From Prochlorococcus marinus subsp. pastoris str. CCMP1986 (GTDB lineage: Bacteria; Cyanobacteriota; Cyanobacteriia; PCC-6307; Cyanobiaceae): a stretch of 32,000 nt of DNA. A model generated the notes under the pieces. It was not told the origin of the DNA and ran no database searches. It saw nothing but the letters and a program-made list of their open reading frames with translations. Shown piece after piece: positions 19,063 to 30,061 of this stretch. A program made the translations under genes and the position numbers. The stretch is from NCBI RefSeq assembly GCF_000011465.1, contig NC_005072.1, positions 450,001 to 482,000 on the forward strand. Reading direction: 5' to 3'. How positions within the stretch are numbered: the stretch's first letter is position 1; each line of letters starts with the position of its first letter.

Positions 19063-20253
19063 TTATTTAATATATTCTTTTAGAACTCCATTTCTGTTTG
19101 GATGTCTTAGCTTTCTCAGAGCTTTTGCTTCTATTTGTCTAATTCTCTCTCTTGTAACATCAAAAATTTGTCCTATCTCTTCAAGAGTCTTCATCCTTCC
19201 ATCATCTATTCCATATCGCAGTCTTAGAACATCCCTTTCTCTTGGGCTTAAAGTCGCCAAAACCCCTTCTAAATCTTCTCTCAATAAAGTCTTAGATACA
19301 TCTTGTTCTGGATTTTCAATATCAGCTTCTATAAAGTCTCCAAGCCTTGAATCCTCTTCTTTACCTATTGGTGTCTCTAATGAGATTGGAAGCTGAGCAC
19401 TTTTAGCTATAAATCTTAATTTTTCAATTGTCATTTCCATACTCTCAGCTATTTCTTCTTCGCTAGGCTTTCTTCCAAACTCTTGACTAAGAACTTTTGT
19501 TGTTTTTTTTATTCTAGAAATTGTTTCATATAAGTGAACAGGCAATCTAATCGTTCTACTTTGATCTGCTATCGCTCGTGTTATCGCTTGACGAATCCAC
19601 CAAGTAGCATAAGTAGAAAATTTATAACCTTTTTCATGGTCAAATTTTTCGGCAGCTCTGATTAAACCTAAGCTTCCTTCTTGTATTAAATCTTGAAAAG
19701 ATAGGCCTCTATTCATATATTTCTTAGCAATAGAGACAACTAATCTTAAATTAGATTGAACCATCTTCTCTTTAGCTCTTCTCCCTAAGAGAAGTCTTCT
19801 TCTGAATTTAGAGAGAGGCATGTCGGTTAATTCAGCCCATTCTCTAACTGAAGGGAAATGTCCTTTCTCAGACTCGTATTGTGTAGCTAGCTCTTCAAGT
19901 TGGAGTAGATCAGCTATTTTTCTAGCAAGTTCAATTTCTTCATCAGGTCTTAATAATCTAATTCTTCCAATTTCCTGAAGATAAACTCTTATAGAATCTT
20001 CTGTGTATATTCCCTTTGGTCCAAGCTTTACGTTACCAATAGCTTTGGCCTCTTCATCAGAACCATTAAATTCATCTTTATTTTCAATACTGCCTTCATC
20101 ATTAAGTGGCTTTTGTTTCGAGTTTTGAATAGGATCTTGATACTTGATACTTTCTTCTTCTCGATCGTTTTTAAAATTTGAATCAATTTTTTTATTAATT
20201 TTTTTCTTGGAACTAGGATTAGAACTTTTTGATTCTGTTGCGGCTGGACACAT
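19063..20253 (-). CDS. rpoD: principal (group 1) RNA polymerase sigma factor
   Basis: Region 2 ([63 protein letters not shown]) and region 4 ([51 protein letters not shown]). Confidence 0.96.
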   Translation of the reverse strand: MCPAATESKSSNPSSKKKINKKIDSNFKNDREEESIKYQDPIQNSKQKPLNDEGSIENKDEFNGSDEEAKAIGNVKLGPKGIYTEDSIRVYLQEIGRIRLLRPDEEIELARKIADLLQLEELATQYESEKGHFPSVREWAELTDMPLSKFRRRLLLGRRAKEKMVQSNLRLVVSIAKKYMNRGLSFQDLIQEGSLGLIRAAEKFDHEKGYKFSTYATWWIRQAITRAIADQSRTIRLPVHLYETISRIKKTTKVLSQEFGRKPSEEEIAESMEMTIEKLRFIAKSAQLPISLETPIGKEEDSRLGDFIEADIENPEQDVSKTLLREDLEGVLATLSPRERDVLRLRYGIDDGRMKTLEEIGQIFDVTRERIRQIEAKALRKLRHPNRNGVLKEYIK

Positions 20254-20581
20254 AGTGGACTCCTTTCTACGATGAATTTAACTAGGCAAAAATTTAATTA
20301 AGACGAATTTATACACTTAGTAGTAAAAGTTTGCCTTAAAGATTAGAAGAACTAACTCACAAAAATTGTGTTTAGATAAAGTTTTTTTTTAATTGTTGAA
20401 AAATTTAAATAGTGTTATAGATTACCTAAAGTAAAAAGTCTTAGGATTTCTCAGACTGGCAGATCAATTTTTGAATTTTAATTCAATGATCAAAGCTTCA
20501 TGTCTCCCTTAAAAACTGAATACTTAAAATATGCAAAAGCACTTTGTGTAATGTTCAACAATCCAATACTAAGAAAAAGTT

Positions 20582-22858
20582 TTGATGCCGGCAAGTAATA
20601 ATTTATCAAATACCCTTTATAAGTTTGATGTCTTGCTTGATATAGGTAGTCATACCAACGCTTTTTCTTATTTAGATGGTGATAATCTCGGAGTAGAAAT
20701 TGGAGATATTGTTTCAGTAAGACTTAAGGGAAGACTCTTGAATGGGCTAACGATTTCTAAAAGTCCTTTTTTAAAGACAGATAAAAATAAAAAAGATTTT
20801 GATGAAGAATCTAATTTTGAATATTTATCTATACAAAGTATTGTCCAAAAAAAAGTGATTCAAGATTGGTGGAGAGAATGGTTGGAGGATCTAGCTTTAT
20901 TTTATCGGGTAACTAGTTTGAAAATGTTTAAAACAGCTTTCCCCCCTGGATGGATTGGTAAACATAAAAAATTATCTCAAAATTTTAAATATCAAATATG
21001 GATCGAATCTCAAATAGATTTAGAATTTAATAATGATGACTTAACAAAAAGAGAACTTTCATTAATAAATATATTGCGTCTTAAAGGGAAATGGCAAAGC
21101 GAATTATTAAGGTTTGGTTTTAATTCCACAATTATAAATTCAATGGTGAATAAAAAACTACTAATAAAGGCTAAAAGAAAAAAAATAGTTAGTACCAAAT
21201 TAAGTTCTTTTAAAAATGATTGTATTAAATTAAAAAGACCAAATCTTACTCAGGAACAAAAAAAAATATATGGGGAAATGCAAGAGATGCGACCCGGAGA
21301 TGTCTGTTTGCTATGGGGAGAAACAGGTTCAGGAAAAACAGAAATTTATATGAGAATGGCTGAAGATCAACTACTTAATAAAAAGAGCTGTCTAATGCTG
21401 GCTCCAGAAATTGGCTTAATTCCTCAACTTATTGATAGATTCAGTAAAAGATTTCAAAATGAGGTTTTTGAATATCACAGTAATTGTTCTTCGAGGCATA
21501 GAACTTTAGTTTGGAAAAAGATAATAGATGAAGATGAACCTCTTATTGTTATTGGGACAAGGTCCGCAGTATTCCTTCCTATACAGAATTTAGGCTTAAT
21601 AATTATGGATGAAGAACATGACGTTTCATATAAGCAAGACAGCCCAATGCCTTGTTACGATGCGAGGGATGTCGCTCTTGAAAGAGTAAAAAGAAATCCA
21701 GCAAAGCTAATTTTTGGAAGTGCAACTCCATCAATGACAACTTGGAAAAGAGTTGTTTTTGAAAAAAAGTTTAAGATGCTGAGAATGAAAGAAAGAATAT
21801 CTCGTACTGAAATACCGGAAATCAAAGTTGTTGATATGCGTTGTGAATTTAAAAAGGGTAATACAAAAATCTTTTGTGGCGAATTATTAGAATTAATTTC
21901 TCAGCTTAAAGAGAATCAGGAACAAGCAATAGTTTTGATTCCTAGAAGGGGGTATAACGGTTTTCTAAGCTGTAGAAATTGTGGATTTATTATAAATTGC
22001 CCTAATTGTGATGTACCTTTATCTGTTCATGCAGGCTCAAAAGGTAAAAAGTGGCTTAGCTGTCACTGGTGTGATCATAAAGCAAAAGTTATCAATACTT
22101 GTCCAGATTGTGAATCAAAGGCCTTTAAGCCTTTTGGTATTGGTACTCAAAGGGTTATTGAATTCTTGAATAATGAATTTCCTGAACTGAGGTTACTTCG
22201 TTTTGATAGAGATACCACCTCAGGCAAAGATGGTCATAGAAATATTCTTTCAAAGTTTTCTAATGGAAATGCAGATATCCTTGTAGGGACCCAAATGTTA
22301 GCGAAAGGTATTGATATTCCTAATGTTACTCTTTCTGTGGTTATTGCCGCAGATGGATTACTTCATCGCCCAGATATTTCAGCTGAAGAAAAATCATTAC
22401 AATTATTTCTACAATTAGCCGGCAGAGCAGGTAGAGCTAAAAAATCAGGAAAGGTTATCTTTCAAACGTATAAACCAAGTCATCCTGTGCTTTCCTATCT
22501 CAAAAATAGAAATTACGAGGGATTTTTACATGAAAGCTCTAAATTAAGAAAAGATGCAAAACTTTTTCCTTTTTGTAAAGTATGCCTTTTAAAGATTTCT
22601 GGGAAAAACTTCGAACTTACTGAAATAACTGCGACCAAGCTAGCGAAATATATGATAAGTTTTTGTAAAGATAATAAGTGGACAGTAATTGGTCCTGCTC
22701 CAAGTTTAATTGCAAAGGTTGGTAATAAATTTAGGTGGCAAATATTAATACATGGCCCAGAGAATTCGGAATTCCCTCTTCCTGATAGGTCTGATCTTTG
22801 GCAAAAAATTCCAAAAAATGTGTTTTTATCAATTGATCTGAATCCAGTAGAGTTATAG
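20582..22858 (+). CDS. priA: primosomal protein N' (PriA helicase)
   Basis: Walker A GETGSGKTEIYM, DEEH box IIMDEEHDVSYKQD, Zn cysteines CRNCGFIINCPNCDVPL/CHWC/CPDC, GTQMLAKGIDIPNVTLSVVIAAD. Confidence 0.96.
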   Translation: MMPASNNLSNTLYKFDVLLDIGSHTNAFSYLDGDNLGVEIGDIVSVRLKGRLLNGLTISKSPFLKTDKNKKDFDEESNFEYLSIQSIVQKKVIQDWWREWLEDLALFYRVTSLKMFKTAFPPGWIGKHKKLSQNFKYQIWIESQIDLEFNNDDLTKRELSLINILRLKGKWQSELLRFGFNSTIINSMVNKKLLIKAKRKKIVSTKLSSFKNDCIKLKRPNLTQEQKKIYGEMQEMRPGDVCLLWGETGSGKTEIYMRMAEDQLLNKKSCLMLAPEIGLIPQLIDRFSKRFQNEVFEYHSNCSSRHRTLVWKKIIDEDEPLIVIGTRSAVFLPIQNLGLIIMDEEHDVSYKQDSPMPCYDARDVALERVKRNPAKLIFGSATPSMTTWKRVVFEKKFKMLRMKERISRTEIPEIKVVDMRCEFKKGNTKIFCGELLELISQLKENQEQAIVLIPRRGYNGFLSCRNCGFIINCPNCDVPLSVHAGSKGKKWLSCHWCDHKAKVINTCPDCESKAFKPFGIGTQRVIEFLNNEFPELRLLRFDRDTTSGKDGHRNILSKFSNGNADILVGTQMLAKGIDIPNVTLSVVIAADGLLHRPDISAEEKSLQLFLQLAGRAGRAKKSGKVIFQTYKPSHPVLSYLKNRNYEGFLHESSKLRKDAKLFPFCKVCLLKISGKNFELTEITATKLAKYMISFCKDNKWTVIGPAPSLIAKVGNKFRWQILIHGPENSEFPLPDRSDLWQKIPKNVFLSIDLNPVEL

Positions 22859-23971
22859 CTAATTAGATGGAAGTTCTGGGAAGTTAGATCCTATTTGGTA
22901 TCTATAAAACCTTAAAAAATAAGCAATAGACATTAACAATAAAATAAGTAAAAATCCTAATAATAATTTGTTCCAATTCCAAAATGAGAACTCCAGGCTA
23001 TTTAATTCTCCAGGGATTATTTGCCACTTTATAAAATTCTTAGATACTTCTACATTAGAATTTTCTAGATCTTTAACTCTTACTTTGTTTGGGTTAACAA
23101 TATTGAGAGTTAGTTCTAAATCTTCCCCATATAAAAGATTTTGAAGATCAAAATCTATTCTGAAATTATATTTTTTTAAAAAGAAAAAATTATTTTCAAT
23201 ACTGTCAATTTTTAGATCAGTTGACTCTCCAAACACTTCACTTGCTATTTTTTGTATTTTGTAAAGAGTTTCTTGAGCAGTTTCCATACTTAGATTTTTA
23301 TTTTTAAATGAAAAATCTAGTTCTCCTGTTGATATTTCTCCATCAGGAAAAATTTCTTTGATTTTTTGTTCGAAATTTATTTGCCAAGGAAATTTTTTAA
23401 TATATTTGCTTTCAATTTCGAAATTATTATTTATTGCGTCAATCTCACTAATATCGAGAGTATCTTCAACTTTAACGCACCCGCTTAAGAGTGGAATTAG
23501 TAATAATAATAATAAAGAAATGATAAATATAAATCCTTTCTGAAATGGCTTTGTTTGACCAGTTGGAATATTTGATGTATCTATAAACTTTTTTTCCTTC
23601 TTATGATTATTAGGTTTTAGAGAGGAAAGAGATGTTTTGTCTAAGGCAGGATTACTTTCAAAAGTAATATTCCAATTCTCAGGTTTTTTAATTTCAGGAG
23701 AATCGATAATTTCCATTAAATACTTTGCATTTTCTCGCACTTTATAATCAAGAGATTTTAAAAGTTCTTTGCAAAATATTTTTGCCTCTTCCTTTTTATT
23801 AATGCCCGATAGGGCTGTAATTAGTATGGTTCGTAAATTTGCACCTTCTTTACTAGAGGGAGGGTAAGATTCGATTATTGGGTATAAATATTCAATACAG
23901 AAATTATATTCACCTTTAATAAGAGCTAACTCTGCCTTTTCAACAATTTGCTTGTATGAATCCATTCTCAA
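22859..23971 (-). CDS. DUF3153-type membrane protein with N-terminal TPR-like helical region and internal lipobox
   Basis: N-terminal helical repeat-like region, hydrophobic segment ending LIPLLSGC (Cys165) and a C-terminal TM; family name from recognition only. Confidence 0.65.
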   Translation of the reverse strand: MRMDSYKQIVEKAELALIKGEYNFCIEYLYPIIESYPPSSKEGANLRTILITALSGINKKEEAKIFCKELLKSLDYKVRENAKYLMEIIDSPEIKKPENWNITFESNPALDKTSLSSLKPNNHKKEKKFIDTSNIPTGQTKPFQKGFIFIISLLLLLLIPLLSGCVKVEDTLDISEIDAINNNFEIESKYIKKFPWQINFEQKIKEIFPDGEISTGELDFSFKNKNLSMETAQETLYKIQKIASEVFGESTDLKIDSIENNFFFLKKYNFRIDFDLQNLLYGEDLELTLNIVNPNKVRVKDLENSNVEVSKNFIKWQIIPGELNSLEFSFWNWNKLLLGFLLILLLMSIAYFLRFYRYQIGSNFPELPSN

Positions 23972-24822
23972 GCATTAATCATTGTTCCAATACCTGAATT
24001 TGTGAAAATTTCTAGAAGTAATGAATGTTCAATCCTTCCATCAATTATATGGGCAGCTTTTACTCCTTGAGCCAGGGCTCTAATACAACATTCCGTTTTT
24101 GGTAGCATGCCATTAGAAACAATATTTTTTTCAATAAATTTTCTGGCGTCTTTTAGATTGATTTGTTTTACGAGACTATTTGGGTTATCTCCCTCTTTTA
24201 GTATCCCTGGAGTATCAGTTAAAAGAATAAGTTTTTCTGCATTTATTGCAGCAGCAACTTCGCCTGCTACGAAATCAGCATTGATGTTATGAGAAATGCC
24301 ATCTGCTGTAGATCCAATACTTGAAATAACAGGAATATATCCTTTCGCAATAAGAGGGTCTAATAACTCAGGGTTGATTTGTGTGACCTCTCCAACTAAT
24401 CCATGACTTCCATCTCCTAATTCTCTTGACTGAATTAAGTTTCCATCGAGTCCTGAAATTCCTACAGCTAATGAACCTGTTTTATTGATCCCCCTAACAA
24501 TCTGTTTATTTACTCTTCCCATAAGCACCATCTCAACTATTTCCATTGTTTTCTCATCGGTAACTCTTAACCCATTTTCAAATTTTGGTGATATTTCCAA
24601 TTTGTTTAGCCAACGATTGATTTCGGGACCACCACCATGTATAACGACAGGGCATACACCAACACTTGATAATAGAGCAATATCTCTGAAGAAAGCTTCT
24701 TTTAATTTTTCATCTTCCATAATAGAACCGCCATACTTAACAACAATTTTTCTACCTGAAAACCTTTGTATGTATGGAAGTGCCTCGCTTAATATTGATA
24801 CTCTTAGGGAATCGTCCATCAT
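23968..24822 (-). CDS. argB: acetylglutamate kinase
   Basis: [83 protein letters not shown]. Confidence 0.97.
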   Translation of the reverse strand: MMDDSLRVSILSEALPYIQRFSGRKIVVKYGGSIMEDEKLKEAFFRDIALLSSVGVCPVVIHGGGPEINRWLNKLEISPKFENGLRVTDEKTMEIVEMVLMGRVNKQIVRGINKTGSLAVGISGLDGNLIQSRELGDGSHGLVGEVTQINPELLDPLIAKGYIPVISSIGSTADGISHNINADFVAGEVAAAINAEKLILLTDTPGILKEGDNPNSLVKQINLKDARKFIEKNIVSNGMLPKTECCIRALAQGVKAAHIIDGRIEHSLLLEIFTNSGIGTMINA

Positions 24823-24833
24823 GAAAAGAATAC

Positions 24834-25364
24834 TTAATAAAAGAAAATCAAATCGAATTCCTTTTCATTATCGTTGATAATAAATTCTGATTCAAGACCT
24901 TTGACGAAAAACCTGTTTAATCTCTCTTGTTTATCAATCCATTGTTCAAAGGGGACATCATTGATTTCAAAATGCATCTTAAAACCATTCTTTTCTTCTT
25001 TTGTAATTTCTTCAATCTCTTTAAGTTGTGGAGGATTATCTTCATTCCATAAATTTAAGGCCTCTAATGAAGATTCAAGATGCGCTTTTATTCCATACCT
25101 CCATCTGGTTACATCTCTAACTAATTCGGTTAATTCTTTGGGTCTATTAAATTTATTTTTCTTAAAATCATTTCTATTTACTAATTTAACTGGAGGTATT
25201 TCAGAAGTTTTCAAACCAAGTCCAATTAGTAAAATAGGGACTCCATAAAAAAAAGTAGGCACGCTTAGATTTACTGACTCAGTAAAATAAGCTGTCATCC
25301 CAATAAAAGCCAAAACACCTCCTGCGACTGTTATTATATTTGCAGGAGATAGGTATTTCTTCAT
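24834..25364 (-). CDS. DUF2854-type conserved cyanobacterial membrane protein
   Basis: N-terminal TM pair with [20 protein letters not shown]...[19 protein letters not shown] typical of this family. Confidence 0.7.
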   Translation of the reverse strand: MKKYLSPANIITVAGGVLAFIGMTAYFTESVNLSVPTFFYGVPILLIGLGLKTSEIPPVKLVNRNDFKKNKFNRPKELTELVRDVTRWRYGIKAHLESSLEALNLWNEDNPPQLKEIEEITKEEKNGFKMHFEINDVPFEQWIDKQERLNRFFVKGLESEFIINDNEKEFDLIFFY

Positions 25365-25394
25365 TTTGTTTTATTAGAAAAGTTATTTTATATT

Positions 25395-25577
25395 ATGCAA
25401 GATCATAATTCTACAAATCAAGAAGATTTAATTTTAAGACTTGATCAAGATAGAGCTTGGTTGTTAGAGAATCTTGATAAAGGTAAATGGTCAGAGATTA
25501 GGAGTGAACTGGCTGATCTTGAAAGAAAAATAAGCAAACTCATTATACGTGTTCAAGAATCAAATATTGAGACTTGA
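25395..25577 (+). CDS. small hypothetical protein (60 aa), acidic/helical
   Basis: ORF with plausible composition; divergent from the DUF2854 gene, convergent with ssb. Confidence 0.55.
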   Translation: MQDHNSTNQEDLILRLDQDRAWLLENLDKGKWSEIRSELADLERKISKLIIRVQESNIET

Positions 25578-25579
25578 TT

Positions 25580-26029
25580 TTAAAAGGGTATTTCGTCAAC
25601 TTCAGGGACTAAAGGAGAGGTATTCCATTGTGAATTTTCAGTATTCCCCGATTTTTCTTCAGAAGAATTGCTATTGTTGCTATGAGAAATGTTAGTTTCT
25701 TTTTTCTCTGATGTTATTTGTACACCAGGACTTATATTATGAATTCTAGAAGCTGTCAGTTCAGGCTGCTTTTCCTTGGTGCCATCTTTTCTGGTTACTG
25801 AGTTCATTCTAAGACGTCCCTCAATAACTATGTTTTGACCTTCTTTTAATTCTCCCACCATTTCTTGTGCAATAGTACCCCAACCTAAAACTTTTAATTC
25901 TCTAAATGGATCTTCATCGCGTAATCCTTTGAAATTAACGGTCATTTCAGCAATGGGTGTTTTATTCTCTTTGGTATATCTCATCTGAGGAGCGCTATTT
26001 ATTACGGCTTGAATTAAACAATGATTCAT
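25580..26029 (-). CDS. ssb: single-stranded DNA-binding (OB-fold) family protein
   Basis: OB-fold LIQAVINSAPQMRYTKENKTPIAEMTVNF...ELKEGQNIVIEGRLRM, disordered Ser/Asn linker and terminal DEIPF tip. Confidence 0.82.
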   Translation of the reverse strand: MNHCLIQAVINSAPQMRYTKENKTPIAEMTVNFKGLRDEDPFRELKVLGWGTIAQEMVGELKEGQNIVIEGRLRMNSVTRKDGTKEKQPELTASRIHNISPGVQITSEKKETNISHSNNSNSSEEKSGNTENSQWNTSPLVPEVDEIPF

Positions 26030-26058
26030 TAACTTTCTATTTAATTACAAATATCTTG

Positions 26059-26868
26059 ATGCACAATTCAGAAAATTGCCACGAAAATGTTTGGATCCTT
26101 TCAGGAACTTCAGATGGACCAGTCATAGTTAACAAACTATTAAAACTTAATTATGTAGTATTTGTAAGTGTTGTCACGCATAAAGCAAGTAAATCTTACG
26201 TTGAAAATTCAAAGTTACACATCATTACAGGAAAATTAAATGATTCAAGTGAAATCATCAACTTTATTGAAAAAAATAAAATTAATTATGTAATAGATGC
26301 AACTCATCCATTTGCTTTAATTATTTCTCAAAATCTAGATGAAGCATGTAAAAAAATCAAAAAGCCTCTCTTGGCTTTTGAGAGGAAATCGGAAATAAAA
26401 CCATTTAAAAACTTTAATTATATATTGGGTCTAAAAAATATAAACAAGGAAGTTTTAGTAAATAAAAATATTCTTTTAGCAATAGGATCTAGACTACTAA
26501 ATGAGACGGCAAGTTATTATTTAAAATGTGGTGCAAATGTATTTACAAGAGTAATCCCAACATATGAAAGCATATCCACAGCTTTTGCCTCATGTATAAA
26601 AAATTCAAACATAGCAATACTTGAACCTAGTAAAAACAAAGGAATTATTTTAGAAAAAAAACTATGTGATCATTGGAAGATAGATTATATACTTTGCAGA
26701 GATTCTGGAAGTTATGCACAAATGAATTGGGAGGAAATTGTTTATAAAAGTGATATGAAGTTATTTTTAGTAAAAAGGCCAAACCTAAAATTTAGAAACT
26801 CGCTTATATTTTTTGATTATGATAAGTTGATAAATCAATTAACTGGTAAAAACAACACTTTAGGATGA
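26059..26868 (+). CDS. cobK: precorrin-6A reductase; track ORF starts at 25957 but ATG 26059 is more likely
   Basis: WILSGTSDGPVIVNKLLKLNYVVFVSVVTHKAS, YVIDATHPFALIISQNLDEACKK, CRDSGSYAQMNW resemble CobK/CbiJ. Confidence 0.82.
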   Translation: MHNSENCHENVWILSGTSDGPVIVNKLLKLNYVVFVSVVTHKASKSYVENSKLHIITGKLNDSSEIINFIEKNKINYVIDATHPFALIISQNLDEACKKIKKPLLAFERKSEIKPFKNFNYILGLKNINKEVLVNKNILLAIGSRLLNETASYYLKCGANVFTRVIPTYESISTAFASCIKNSNIAILEPSKNKGIILEKKLCDHWKIDYILCRDSGSYAQMNWEEIVYKSDMKLFLVKRPNLKFRNSLIFFDYDKLINQLTGKNNTLG

Positions 26869-27191
26869 AGAAAGTTTTACTTTTGGTAGCAACTGAATTA
26901 AATAAAAAAGCAGCTAAGAAAATAGCTAAATTATTACTCAAAAAAAAACTTGCAGCGTGTGTCTCATTAAAAGAGATTAAATCCATTTATGAGTGGAAAG
27001 GGAAAATTGAGGAGGTTAATGAGGTGGAAATTATAATAAAAAGTAAACCACAATTGAATCATGCTTTGGTAGTTTTCTTACAAAAGCAGATATCTTATGA
27101 TCTTCCTCAAATTATTTATAAAAAGTTTAATTCTGAAAAAAAATATTCTAATTGGGTAAATAAATCTTGTTCAAATCAAGTGTTTCCGTAA
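26865..27191 (+). CDS. cutA: divalent-cation tolerance protein CutA
   Basis: KLLLKKKLAACVSLKEIKSIYEWKGKIEEVNEVEIIIKS, YDLPQIIY; 4-bp ATGA overlap with cobK. Confidence 0.92.
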   Translation: MKKVLLLVATELNKKAAKKIAKLLLKKKLAACVSLKEIKSIYEWKGKIEEVNEVEIIIKSKPQLNHALVVFLQKQISYDLPQIIYKKFNSEKKYSNWVNKSCSNQVFP

Positions 27192-28187
27192 TAAATTTTG
27201 AAGATTAATATTAGATCTAGAACCTAACTGAGTAATTATTTGACCAGCGCATATTGAGCCTATTTCTCCGCACTTTTTTAAAGAATAATTATTAATTAGT
27301 CCATGAATAAATCCACCAGCATAAAGATCTCCCGCGCCGGTTGTATCAATAATTTTTCCTAATAGTTTTGGTTTTATTTCTTCAGACTTGTCTTTATTGA
27401 CAACTAAAGAACCTTTACTTCCTAAAGTGATTATTACTAATTCACATATTGAAGAAATAGATTCTTGGCATCTTTGTAAATCATTTTCTTGAAATAGACT
27501 CAAAACTTCTGATTCGTTACAAAAAACTATATCAATGTAGTTTTCAATTAATTCTAAGAAACTTTCTCGATGCCTATCTACACAAAAAGAGTCCGATAAT
27601 GAAAGTATTATTTTTGTATCGGATTCTTTGGCAAGCTTTGCAGCTTGAAGAAAGGCATTTTTGGCTAAATCACTATCCCATAAGTATCCTTCCAAGTATA
27701 AATATTTGCTATTTGCTATTAACTTATAATTTACATCTTTAGGTTCAAATTCAATTGAAGCACCCAAATATGTGCACATTGTTCTTTGCGCATCTGGAGT
27801 TATAAAAATTATTGAATGTGCACTTGAGGGCCCTTTATCTATAGGCGGCGTGTTAAAAATAGTATTACTTCTTTTAATATCAGTAGAGAAGAAATTTCCA
27901 AAATTGTCATTCTTTACTCTTCCAATAAATTGAACATTATTATCTAATTCAGCCAAGCATACGACAGTATTAGCAGACGACCCCCCTGATATTTTTTTAA
28001 TTACTGTGCAATTTTTTAATAAAGCTTCAGATTCATTAGAGTTGATAAGATTCATAGATCCCTTTTTAAGGGTATTTATCTCTAAAAATTCATCATCCAC
28101 ATTAACAATAATATCAACTATTGCATTTCCTAATCCAATAAGGTCTATATCTTTTTTTAGATCAAAAAGGTTATTTTTTTCTATCAT
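27171..28187 (-). CDS. PfkB-family carbohydrate/nucleoside kinase (adenosine kinase-like)
   Basis: GGSSANTVVCLAEL...VQFIGRVKNDNFG, IDTTGAGDLYAGGFIHGL. Confidence 0.88.
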   Translation of the reverse strand: MIEKNNLFDLKKDIDLIGLGNAIVDIIVNVDDEFLEINTLKKGSMNLINSNESEALLKNCTVIKKISGGSSANTVVCLAELDNNVQFIGRVKNDNFGNFFSTDIKRSNTIFNTPPIDKGPSSAHSIIFITPDAQRTMCTYLGASIEFEPKDVNYKLIANSKYLYLEGYLWDSDLAKNAFLQAAKLAKESDTKIILSLSDSFCVDRHRESFLELIENYIDIVFCNESEVLSLFQENDLQRCQESISSICELVIITLGSKGSLVVNKDKSEEIKPKLLGKIIDTTGAGDLYAGGFIHGLINNYSLKKCGEIGSICAGQIITQLGSRSNINLQNLLRKHLI

Positions 28188-28205
28188 TGAGATCAGATTT
28201 CTTGA

Positions 28206-29588
<1,383 letters not shown>

Positions 29589-29597
29589 TCATTTGTA

Positions 29598-30035
29598 TTA
29601 ACTTTCTCTTAGAACCATTTTTTCGGCAAGAGTGAATTCTTTAGTTAAACGCTCTTTAAGCTTATCTGGTAGAGGCCTAGTTGCAAAGTTTTTGTAATGA
29701 CCTGCCATGGCATTTAATGCTGTCTGCATTGTAGTAAATGATTGAGTTTTATTAACCATACCTCTGTTTCTGTATCTAGAAATATAATCAGTTATTAGGG
29801 CAAGTGATTCATCTCTAACCTTATCCTTATCAGGAGAATCTTTTGGAGTTTCAACGGCAATTTGTAGGGTTTTAACAACTGATATTGTGTCTTTTGCATA
29901 ATCACCTGTCATAGAAGTCTTTGCTGCATATGATGGAGAATTAAATAATGTAAAAAAAACAGATATACAAATAGCAAAAGATATCGCTTTTACAAAAAAT
30001 CTAGAAAATAATTCAGTCATCTTTTTAACTAACAT
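29598..30035 (-). CDS. psb27: photosystem II assembly/repair protein Psb27
   Basis: TGDYAKDTISVVKTLQIAVETPKDSPDKDKVRDESLALITDYISRYRNRGMVNKTQSFTTMQTALNAMAGHYKNFATRPLPDKLKERL is the Psb27 domain. Confidence 0.9.
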   Translation of the reverse strand: MLVKKMTELFSRFFVKAISFAICISVFFTLFNSPSYAAKTSMTGDYAKDTISVVKTLQIAVETPKDSPDKDKVRDESLALITDYISRYRNRGMVNKTQSFTTMQTALNAMAGHYKNFATRPLPDKLKERLTKEFTLAEKMVLRES

Positions 30036-30061
30036 AACTTAACTCCTAATAAATTTTAGCT

